DNA of 64,000 bases from Mobula hypostoma (taxonomy: Eukaryota), in NCBI RefSeq assembly GCF_963921235.1, contig NC_086108.1, positions 69,070,001-69,134,000 on the forward strand, in the 5' to 3' direction. The position numbers and the translations under genes are program-made. Numbering within the stretch: the stretch's first letter is position 1; each line of letters starts with the position of its first letter. The notes beneath the pieces are model-generated. The model saw only the letters and a list, made by a program, of their open reading frames with translations. It was not told where the DNA came from and searched no databases. This document shows positions 53,025-64,000 of this stretch, piece by piece.

Positions 53025-55064
53025 CTTGCACACTCCCTCGATGTGACTTTGTGGCATTTTCCGCAGACTTTTTCCTTGAACCAACAGTCATTTGCATCAT
53101 GGAAGGATTTGTCCCATTGATAACATTTTTGGCTTTTTGCACCATTCAGGGACGTTTCCGGCATTTCACATTCTAACCTTTTCCGTAGTTCTGCTGTATT
53201 CGCTAACAATATTGCAATAGTCAATGCCTGTTTGAAGGTTGGGTGTCTTTCAGACAGTGGCTGTATTGGAGTGCTTTGACTATGGACGTCACATACAAGC
53301 CTGCCCCTTCATGCATCAGAAAGTCCATCTCTAAAGTCACAGTACCGGGAAAGTTTGTACAGTTCTGCAATGTATTCAGAAATGCTTACGTCTTTTGACT
53401 GGTTCCTTTTGTAAAAGGGGGTGTAGGGCTCAAATGATTTTGTAAAATTGTAACAACTTTGTTGAACATCTTGCCTGCTGGTTTTTCAGGGGTTACTGGG
53501 TTGTATAAGAGAATGTACGTCCTTGCACCAATTAAACTAAGAAGTGTAGAGGCTTTCTTTTGCTCCTTCACATTGTTCACGTTACAATACAGATCAACCC
53601 TCTCAATATATGACTCCCAGCCTTCATTAGCGCTATCAAATTCAGCGACTTTCCCGTCTGAAGCTATCGGCACGTTATTTTCACTTTAAATTCAGCGCAT
53701 CTTTCAGTGTTATTTCACTTAGTTAGCATCCATGACAGCTTTCTAGCGCTGTTTAACTCCCGCTGTTATGTCCCGTAACTGTTGGTGCAGCTTGTGATAC
53801 CTTCTAACATTCCGGTTCGTACTGATCATCAATCTGCTGTGTCCGTGCACAACTACATATCAATTAAATAAAAGCATGCACATGGGAGATGGCTTTAACT
53901 GGTTGTATGAGAGAGGGGAGAGGGAGAGAACAATGCCCATTCGCAGATATATACAGATTACATATGTAATACATATTACAGAGTGGGGAGTGGGGGTCAT
54001 TTCTCTAAAATAAATAGATCCATACATTACAGTGGAGGCCAAATCTTTATGCACATTTAGATCAGCCATAATGAAATAGTGGAGCAGACTCGACGGGCCA
54101 AATGGCCAAATTCTGCTCCAATATCTTATGGTCTTATAGCAAGCACATATAATAGATCAGTAAAATACAGTCACATAAAAAATTTGATTGAGAAAGTGCT
54201 CAGACACAAATCCACTTACAGAACTGAGGAAGACATCTGATCATTGAGGATCTCATAATTAAATTAGTAGGCTGCCAAACTGACTCAGGCATGAAGTTCT
54301 GTGATGAATCATGTCAGCCCAAGGCAGCTGCACACAGGTGCAGGTGTTGCCGGTGTTCTCAACTTCGAGGATCTGTGAAATCACATCAGTGAATGTTCAC
54401 TGGGACCTTGGGAATACTTCCTTTATGAGGGGAAAATAGGCAACTTTAACAATAATCTTTTCTGCACTGTGGAGACCAATGCTTCTGTAGTTATCACAAC
54501 TGGCTTTATTTTACAAGCAGGTATGCTTTTGTCATTGAAGCTGAAGAATGTTTTAATGCAAGTACTTGCCATGCAAACTGTTAATGCATGATTTTATTTT
54601 AAGAAACAAAACCAGCCTCATCCATAACTTTAGTGTGAAAATTAATGTCATTTTTAGCACTGTCACATACAATTTAACTGGAGATCTCGTTTAAGTGGAA
54701 AAGCTATTCAAATGAGAGATGTATATATTTCTGACAGGACTTTCAAGTGTTAAAAAGTACCTCTAATATTTATTGGAATCTGGAGGTAACTTGAACTTTC
54801 ATTTCCATAGATTGAAGTTGTAGGGCTGGGCTGGAGATGTGGAAGAAATCTTAAAAATCTAAACACATGACCTGTCCCTATACTATTTTGTTTTGTCTCT
54901 CACCTTATCAATTCCTTCTTTGTGTCTCTCCAGATTCAGTAGTCACCTAACAACACAGGCATTTTCAACAACAGTAAGCAAATTTGGCTGCATTCTAGCC
55001 TGGAACCAGGAGGGAAATATTGTTAAATTGTAAATTGGTTTATTTCATATATGCTGAGCTACAG

Positions 55065-56100
55065 TTTAAGTTCAAAGTAAATTTATTATCAAAGTACATA
55101 TATGTCACCATATAGAACCCTGAGATTTATTTTCTTGTGGGCATGCGCAATAAATCCAATAACCATAATAGAATCAATGAAAGACTGCACTAACAGGGCA
55201 AACTACCAGGGCGCAAAAGACTGAGCAAATACAAACAGGAAGGAAAAAAAGGAAATAATAATAATAAATAAGTAAGCAATAAATATTGAGAACATGAGAA
55301 CATGAGAACAAGAGTCCTTGAAAGTGAATCTGTCAGTGGTGGGAATGGTTCAGTGCTGGTACAAGTTGAGTTGAGTGAAGTTACCCTCTCAGGTTCAGAT
55401 GGTTGAGAGGGAGTAACTGTTCCTGAACCTGGTGATGAGAATCCTGAGGCTCCCTGTACCTTCTTCCTGATGGCAGCAGTGAGAAGAAAGCATAACCTGG
55501 GTGGTGGGCATTCCTGATGATGGATGCTGCTTTCTTGTGACAATGCTCCACTCAGATGTGCTCAATGGCAGGGAGGGCTTTACGTGTGATGACTGGGGGG
55601 CCGTATCCACTACCTTTTGTAGGACGTTCCATTCAAGGACATTGGTGTCTCTGTACCAGGCTGTAATGCAACCAGTCAATATACATCCAACACATTGATA
55701 GAAGTTAGTCAAAGTTACATGCGTCATAGCAGGATATAAGCTGTCTTTGAACCATAAATTTTAAGTCTTCCCTATTTTCTGTTCAATGTTAGAGGGCAGA
55801 AGGGAAAATGCCGAGGGTGGGTGAGATCTTTGATTGTGCTGACTACTTTACTGAGGCAGCGGGAAGTGTAAACTGGAGGGGAGTTAAGTTAACATGGAGG
55901 GGAGACTAGTTTCCATGATGTGCTGAGCTACGTCCTCAGTTCTCTGCGGTTTCTCGTGGCCATGGGCAGAGCAGTTGCCATGCCAGTCTGTGATGCATCC
56001 AGGTCAGATGCTTTCTATGGTGCATCAATAAAAACTGCTGAGGGTAAAAGAGGACATACCAAATGTCTTTAGCCTCCAGAGAAAATAGAGGTGTTGTTCA
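55065..56100 (-). mobile_element. Two Rex-type LINE 3' fragments
   Basis: NFYQCV..ILTGCITAWY..LQKVVDTA; tail matches 2760 and 11400 in reverse. Confidence 0.8.
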
Positions 56101-56959
56101 CTAGACATTAAAAATTACCACATCTATTCACACCTATTCTTGACCATTAAAATATCGGCCCTCTTCCCCAGGCCTGTGCATGATGATAAATACAGATAAC
56201 TAATTCTCAGATGTCTACAAACTTGGAGGTCAGAAATCTGGCAGAGTCATTGCCAAAAAGTAATTTCCAATGAATCATCAGTATACTTATCACAACAATA
56301 AAACCACTGTTATTGTTGTGAGTCAGCAATTTTCAATTACCTCATTAGGCCTCAAGCTAGACAATGCAAACAATTACAAGCACCGAAACAGAGATTTCTT
56401 CAGATCTCCAGCAGTTGATGAATATTAGCTGGCTCCAGGGATTTTAGAGTTAAGTCTGGATCACTGCAGACCAAGGGATGCTTTCTCTGAATCTCAGAAC
56501 CATGAGAGCAATGTTATTTTGTTCTCCTATCAATCTGAGTTCCTTCCTGCATCATTGAGAGAGAGAGAGGGGTGAGAGTGCCTGTAAAAGTTGTTCCTGT
56601 TTAAGTTTTAGTGTGTACATTCCTATAACACCTTTACAATCCCTGTCACAGTTCACAAAGCTAACGAGATACTTACAAAGTGCGGTCACTGTGATAAAGT
56701 TGTTAACAGAGCAGTCAATTTCTTTAGTATGTTGTCAACCATTCTGGTGATGTGGAGAAACTGCAGAGATTGTGGTAGCTCTTAAAACAAAGAAGATTAA
56801 GGGAGAGATACATTAGGGGGAAAGTAAACCACCAGAGCATAGTACATACAGTAGGAGCACAATTGGGCCATTCGGCCCATTGAGTCTGCTCCACCATTCT
56901 ATCATGTCTGATTTATTATCCCCCTCAATCACAACTGAATTTAGTGGTGCAAATTGGTG

Positions 56960-59475
56960 AAGTAGTCACCAGAATGCCACTCATAAATTTGCCAACTGTT
57001 GGGAGAATTTCAGATAGTGATGAGGAGGTGTACAGGAACGAGTTAGATCAGCTGGCTGAGTGGTGTCGCAACATCAGTAAGACCAAGGAATTGATTGTAG
57101 ACTTCAGGAAGGGGAAGTCGAGGGAAATCACACTAGTCCTCATGAAGGGATCAAGAGTGGTAAGGGTGAGCAGTTTCAAGTTCTTGGGTGTCAGCATCTT
57201 TCAGGATCTATCATGGGCCTAACAAATTAACGCAATTACAAACAAGGCATGACAGTGCCTATATTTCATTAGGAGTTTGAGGAAGCTTGGTTTGTTACCA
57301 AAGAGGTGCGTACACTGCTGAGGACCCGTGACTCCGCCTTCAGAGCAGGCAACAAGGCAGCCCTAACAACAGCGAGGGCTAAGTTGTCCCGGGCCATCAG
57401 AGAGGCAAAGCGTACACACGCCCAGCGAATCCACAGCCACTTCCAGGACAGTGGTGACACGCAGGACATCACCAACTACAAGACAACATCACCTGCCTGT
57501 GCTGGTGATGCCTCCCTCCCAGATGCACTGAACAACTTCTACGCTCGTTTTGAGGTGGAAAATGGCGTGGCAGTGAGGAAGACCACCCCTCCTCCAAATG
57601 ACCAGGTACTGTGTCTTACCGTGGCCGATATGAGGAGAACCCTGTGTAGGGTCAATCCACGGAAGGCTGCTGGACCAGACAATATTCCTGCCAGAGTGCT
57701 TAGAGGATGTGCAGACCAGCTAGCTGAGATTCTCACTGACATCTTCAACATCTCCCTGAGCAGTGCCGTCGTTCCTACGTGCTTCAAGGCCGCCACCATC
57801 GTCCTCGTGCCGAAGAAGTCTTCAGTGTCCTGCCTCAACGACTACCGTCCCATCGCACTCACAACCATCATCATGAAGTGTTTCGAGAGGCTCGTCATGA
57901 GGCACATCAAGACCCTGCTGCCCCCCTCACTGGACCCCCTGCAGTTCGCGTACCGTCTCGACCGTTCAACAGAAGACGCCATTGCCATCACCCTCCACCT
58001 GGACAAAAAAGACACGTACGTTCGAATGCTGTTCATAGACTTCAGTTCAGCATTCAACACTATCATTCCTCAGAAACTGATTGGAAAGCTGAGCCTACTG
58101 GGCCTGAACACCTCCCTCTGCAACTGGATCCTAGACTTCTTGACTGGGAGACCTCAGTCAGTCCGGATTGGAAGCAGCATCTCCAACACCATCACACTGA
58201 GCACAGGGGCCCCCAAGGGCTGTGTGCTCCGTCCACTGCTGTTCACTCTGCTGACCGACAACTGTGCAGCAACACACAGCTCGAACCACATCATCAAGTT
58301 CACCGATGACACGACCGTGGTGGGTCTCAGCAGCAAGAACGATAAGTCAGCATACAGAGAGGCGGTGCAGTAGCTAACGGACTTGGTGCAGAGCCAACAA
58401 CCTGTATCTGAATGTGAACAAAACAAAAGAGATGGTTGTTGACTTCAGGAGGACACGGAGCAACCACTCTCCACTGAACATCGACGACTCTTCTGTAGAG
58501 ATTGCTAAGAGCACCAAATTTCTTGGTGTTCACCTGGCAGAGAACCTTACCTGGTCTCTCAACACCAGCTCCACAGCAAAGAAAACACAGCAGCGTCTCT
58601 ACTTTCTGTGAAGGCTGAGAAAAGTCCATCTCCCACCCCGCCCCCCATCCTCACCACATTCTACAGAGGTTGTATCAAGAGCATTCTGAGCAGCTGCATC
58701 ACAGCCTGGTTCGGAAATTGCACCATCTCTGATCGCAAGACCGAGCAGCAAATAGTGAGGTCAGCTGAGAAGATCATCAGGGTCTCTCTTCCCGCCATTA
58801 CAGACATTTACACCACATGCTGCATCCGTAAAGCAAACAGCATTATGAAGGACCCCACGCACCCCTCATACAAACTCTTCTCCCTCCTGCCATCTGGCAA
58901 AAGGCACCGAAGCATTCGGGCTCTCACGACCAGACTATGTAACAGTTTCTTCCCCCAAGCCATCATACCCGTCAATAACCAAAGCCTGGACTGACACCAA
59001 CCTACTGCCCTCTACTCTGCCTATTGTCTTGTTTATTATTTATTGTAATGCCTGCACTGTTTTGTGCACTTTATGCAGTCCTGGGTAAGTCTGTAGTCTA
59101 GTGTAGTTTTTGTGTTGTGTTTACGTAGTTCAGTGTAGTTTTTGTATTGTTTCATGTAGCACCATGGTCCTGAAAAATGTCTCGTTTTTACTGTGTACTG
59201 TACCAGCAGTTATGGTTGAAATGACAATAAAAAGAGACTTGACGACTTGACTTGAAAGAGACTTGCAAATTTCTACAGCTGTACCATGGCAAGCATTCTA
59301 ACTAGTTGCATCACTGTCTGGTATGGAGGGGCCACTGCACAGGATCAGATAAATCTGCAGAAAGTTGTAAACTTAGCCAATTCCCCAATTCACGAGCCTC
59401 CCCAGCATCCAGGACATCTTCAAAAGCTTGATGTCTTATGAAAAGGCAGTATCTATCATTAAGGACCCCATCACT
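56960..59475 (+). mobile_element. Older Rex-type LINE fragment (host; 56960-57305 + 59255-59475)
   Basis: NISKTKELIVDFRKG..SFKFLGV; rejoins as ttgttaccaaagag|acttgcaaatttctacag. Confidence 0.8.
57306..59254 (+). mobile_element. Young Rex1-type LINE, 5'-truncated
   Basis: 355-aa RT piece ([38 protein letters not shown]); (GACTT)n tail; TSD aaagag at 57300-57305 and 59255-59260. Confidence 0.95.
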
Positions 59476-62400
59476 CAGGGCACGAATAGGATGAGTGACC
59501 AGGTACTGCGAAGGGAGTTCAGGGAGTTAGGTACCAAGTTAAAGGGCAGGAACTCCAGGGTTATGATCTCAGGATTGCTACCTGTGCCATTTGCTCGTGA
59601 GGCCAGAACCAGGAAGATTATACAGTTTAATACGTAGCAAAGGAGTTGGTGAAGGAGAGAGGGCATGAGATTTTTGGATCATTGAGCTCTGTTCCAGAGA
59701 AGGTGGGAAATGCACAGAAGGGACAGTTTGCACCTAAACTGGAGGGGGACTAATATCCTAGTAGGAAGGTTTGTTAGTGGGGTTTAAACTAGAGCTGCAG
59801 GGGGATGGGAATCAGAGTTTCAGAACAGTTAGTGGAGAGGTTGTGGAGACAGATGTTGGTAAGATCTCAGACAAAGATATGCATCAAAAGATTAAGCATG
59901 GTGCGACTAGTGTCCTGAGCTGTATATATTTCAATGCAAGAATTACCATTGGAAAGGTGGATGCTGGTACTGAACATGAGGTAGCTGGTTTACAAACAGA
60001 GGTAATATGTCGTGAGGAAAGGCTGTCAATAGGGCAAAATTTCAGTCAATAGGATGAGTTGGAATGTAAAAGACGGACAAAATTGAAAAGGGTGAATACA
60101 AGACTGAAGTGTGGTATCTGAATATGTGCAGTATACAGAATAAAGCAGATGAACTTGCAGCACTGTTGCAGATTGGCAGGTATGATGTTGTAGGCATCAC
60201 TGAATCATGGCTGAAAGAAGATTATAGCTGGGAGCCTCATGTCCAATGATACACATTGCATCGAAAGGGCAGGTAGGAAGGCATCTGGTAAAAATGAATT
60301 CAAATCATTAGAAAGAGGTGACATAGGGTCAGAAGGTGTTGAATCATTGCGGATAGAACTAAGGAACTGCAAGGGTCAAAAGACCTTGTTGAGAGTTTTA
60401 TACAGAACCCCCCAAACCAAACAGTGGTAAGGATGTTGTCTACAAATTACAAGAGATAGAAAATGCATGCCAAAAGGACAATATTTCAATTGTCATGGGG
60501 GATTACAATATGCAGGTAAATTGGCAAAATCAGGCTGGTGCTGGATTGCAGGAGGAGGAATTTCTAGAATGCCTCCAAGATGGATTTTTCGAGCAGCCCA
60601 AGGCTGAGCCCATTAGGGGATTAGTTATTCTGGACTGGGTGTTGTGCAATGAACTAGAATTGATTACAGAGCATAATGTAAAAGAACCTTCAGGGACCAG
60701 TGATCATAATATGATTGAATTCACCCTGAAATTTGAGAAGGAGAAGCTAAAGTCAGGTGTATCAGTGTTACAGTGGAGTAAAGGGAATTACAGAGGCTTA
60801 AGAGAGGAGTTGGCCAGAATTGATTGGAAAAGAACACTGGCAGGGATGACAGGAGAGCAGCGATGGCTGGAATTTCTGGAAGCAATTCAGAAGGCACAGA
60901 ATATATATATCCCAAAGAGGAAGAAGTATTCTAAAGGAAAGATGACACAACTATGGCTATACAAGAGAAGCCAAAGACAACATAAAAGTCAAATAGATGG
61001 CATATAATAGAGCAAAAACTAGTGGGAAGTTAGAGGATTGGGAAGCTTTTTAAAACCAACAGAAGGCAACCAAAAAAGTTATTAAGAAGGTAAAGAAGGA
61101 ATATGAAAGTAAGCTAGCCAATAATATTAAAGAACATATCAAAAGTTTCTTCAGATACATAAAGCATAAAAGAGAGGTGAGAATGGATATCGGACTGCTG
61201 GAAAATGATGCTGGAGAGGTATTAGCAGGGGACAAGCAAATGGCAGATGTACTGAATAAGTATTTCGCACCAGTCTTCACAGTGGAATACACTAGCAGTA
61301 TGGTGGGAGTTCCAGGTGTCAAGGGTCATGAAGGGTGTGAAGTTACCATTACTAGAGAGAAGTTTCTTTGGTAACTGAAAGGTCTGAAGGTAGATAAGTC
61401 ACCTGGACCAGATCGTGTACATCCCAGAGTTCTGAAAGAGGTGGCTGAAGAGGTTGTACAGGAATTAGTAATAATCTTTCAAGAATCACTAGATCCTGGA
61501 ATAGTTCTGGAAGACTGGAAAATTACAAAGGTCATTCCACTCTTCAAGAATGGAGAGAGGCAGAAGAAAGGAAACCATAGGCCAGTTAGTCTGAACTCAG
61601 TGGTTGGGAAGATGTTGGAGTCAATTATTAGGGATGAGGTCTCAGGGTATTTGGAGGCACATGATAAAATAGGCAGTAGTCAGCATGGTTTCCACAAGAG
61701 AAAATCGTATCTGCCAAATCTGTTGGACTTCTTTGAAGAAGTAAAAAGCAGGATAGACAAAAGACAATTGATTGATGTTGTGTACTTGGATTTTCAGAAG
61801 GCCTTTGACAAGGTGCCACACATGGGACTGCTCAACAAACTACAAGCCCATGGTATTACAGGAAAAATTCTAGCATGGCTGATTGGCAGGAGGCAAAGAG
61901 TGGGAATAAAGGAAGCCTTTTCTGGTTGGCTGCCAGTGACTAGTGGTGATCCACGGGGGTCTGTGTTTGGACTGATTCTTTTTATGCTATATGTCAATTA
62001 TTTGGATGATGGAATTGATGGCTTTGCTGCAAAGTTTGCAGACAATATGAAGATAGGTGGAGGGGCAGGTAGTTTTGGAGAAGAAAAGAGGCTACAGAAG
62101 GACAGACATTAGGAAAATGGGCAAAAAAATGACAGATGGAATATTGTGTCAGGAAGTGTATGGTCATGCACTTTGGACAAAAAATGGAAGGGTTGACTAT
62201 TTTCTAAATGGAGAAATTACAAAAAAATCTGAGGTACAAAGGGACTTGGCAGTTCTTGTGCAGGATTCCCTAAAGGTTAATAAGAAAGTAAGGAGGCATG
62301 GGACGCAAGGGGACATTGCTTTGTGGATCCAGAAGTGGCTTGCCCACAGAAGGCAAAGACTCGTTGTAGACGGGTCATATTTTGCATGGAGGTCGGTGAC

Positions 62401-64000
62401 CAGTGGTGTGCTTCAGGGATCTGTTCTGAGACCCCTACTCTTCATGATTTTTTTATAAATGACCTGGATGAAGAAGTGGAGGGATGGGTTAGTAAATTTG
62501 CTGATGACACAAAGGTTGGGGGTGTTGTGGATAGTTTGGAGGGCTGTCAGAGGTTACAGCGGGACATTGATAGGATACAAAACTGGGCTGAGAAGTGGCA
62601 GATGGAATTCAACCCAGATAACTGTGAAGTGGTTTATTTTGGTAGGTCAAATATGATGACAGAATATAGTATTAATGGTAAGATTCTTGGCAGTGTGGAG
62701 GATCAGAGGGATCTTAAGGTCCAAGTCCATAGGACACTCAAAGTCGCTGCGCAGGTTGACTCTGTGGTTAAGAAGGCATACAGTTCATTGGCCTTCATCA
62801 ATCGTGGGATTGAGTTTAAGAGCTGAGAGGTAAAATTGCAGCTATATAGGATCCCGGTCAGACCCCACTTGGAGTACTGTGCTCGGTTCTGGTCGCCTCA
62901 CTACAGGAAGGATGTGGAAACTATCAAAAGGGTGCAGAGGAGATTTACAAGGATGTTGTCTGGATTGGGGAGCATGACTGATGAGAATAGGTTGAGTGAA
63001 CTCGGCCTTTTCTCCTTGGAGAGACAGAGTATGAGAGGTGACCTGATAGAGGTGTATAAGATATTGAGAGGCATTGATCGCATGGATAGTCAAAGGCTTT
63101 TTCCCAGGGCTGAAATGGCTAGTGCGACGGGGTACAGTCTTAAGCTGCTTGAAAGTAGGTACAGAGGAGATATCAGGGGTAAGTTTTTTTATGAAGAGAG
63201 TGGTGAGTGCATGGAATGGGCTACAGGCAACAGTGGTGGAGGCGGATATGATGGAGTCTTTTAAGAGACTCCTGGATAGGTATATGGAGCTTAGAAAACT
63301 AGAGGGCTATGGGTAATCCTAGGTAATTTCTAAGGTAAGTACATGTTTGGCACAGCTTTGTGGGCTGAAGGGCCTGTATTGTGCTGTAGGTTTTCCATGT
63401 TTTTAATTTGCTGGTTGAATCTGTCGTGAGGAAGGCAAATGCAATGTTAGCATTAATTTCAAGAAGAATAGAATACAAAGTAAGGATGTAATGCTGAGAC
63501 TTTATAAAGCACTGGAGAGGCTTCACTTGGAGTATTGTGAGCAGTTTTGGGCCTCTTATCTTAGAAAGGATGTGCTGAAACTGGAGAGGGTACAAAATAG
63601 TTTAACCAAAATGATTCCACAATTGAATGGCTTGTTGTATGAAGAGCGTTTGATGGCTCTGGGCCTGTATTCACTGGAATTCGGGAGAATGAGGCACGAC
63701 CTCATTGAACCCTATCAAATAGTGAAAGGCCTTGATAGAGAGGATGTGGAGAGGATGCTTCCTCTGGTGGGACAGTCTAAGACCAGAGGACACAGCCTCA
63801 GAACAGAGGGGCTTCCTTTTAGTACGGAGATGAGGATGCATTTCTTTAGCCAGTGAGTGATGAATCCGTGGAATTCTTTGCCACATGCAGCAGTGGAGGC
63901 CAAGTCTTTATATATATTTAAGGCTGAGGTTGATAGATTCTTGATTGATCCGGGCTTGATGGAGATACATGGAGAATGCAGGAGATTGGGGCACAGAGGA
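59476..64000 (+). mobile_element. Long CR1 (ORF1 end, endonuclease, RT), decayed, runs off the window
   Basis: RVMISGLLPVP ORF1 motif; MGDYN..SDHN endonuclease; YLDFQKAFDKVPH RT. Confidence 0.92.
62282..63402 (+). mobile_element. CR1 of another subfamily nested in the long CR1
   Basis: Second RT C-half (KFADDTKVGG, RPHLEYC); ttaat repeat at 62277-62281 and 63403-63407; host rejoins as aaggttaat|ttgctggttg. Confidence 0.9.

Larger units (their letters stand above)
50106..54031 (-). mobile_element. Gypsy LTR retrotransposon with both LTRs, RT/RNaseH deleted
   Basis: TG..CA ends, 5-bp TSD gtgga (50101-50105, 54032-54036); LTRs ~50106-50435 and ~53835-54031; polypurine tract 50436-50448; gag (WESYIERV), zinc knuckle, protease MELDTESALS, integrase VDAHSKWPEV..IVSDN..NGLIERF. 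Confidence 0.93.
46523..54080 (+). mobile_element. CR1 RT copy hosting nested insertions (segments 46523-47848, 49803-50105, 54032-54080)
   Basis: GNYRPISLT, GAPQGFVLGPILF, KFADD; sequence rejoins across both insertions. Confidence 0.9.

Overview
Vertebrate genomic DNA, roughly three-quarters repeat-derived (estimated by eye). The repeat mix (CR1, Rex1/Babar-type LINEs, Penelope-like elements, V-SINEs) suggests a cartilaginous fish, probably a ray (inference). The only host gene I can support is a two-coding-exon INK4 CDK inhibitor, most likely CDKN2C/p18 (15494-15631 joined to 18094-18441, 161 aa). It sits in an ~9 kb transposon-free, CpG-retaining block. The rest is nested, mostly decayed mobile DNA, many copies with resolvable target-site duplications (TSDs). 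These include an R4/Dong-type LINE end, SINEs, two deleted Gypsy elements each carrying an unrelated solo LTR, and a young L1-clade element with a twin-priming inversion. There is also a complete ~1.1 kb non-autonomous Helitron retaining a 23-aa STPR repeat relic, and Penelope-like elements whose pseudo-LTRs carry a minimal hammerhead ribozyme motif. The least expected pattern is that three CR1 copies appear to begin at nearly the same internal motif. I found no clearly new multi-gene system. All calls are by eye, without database searches.
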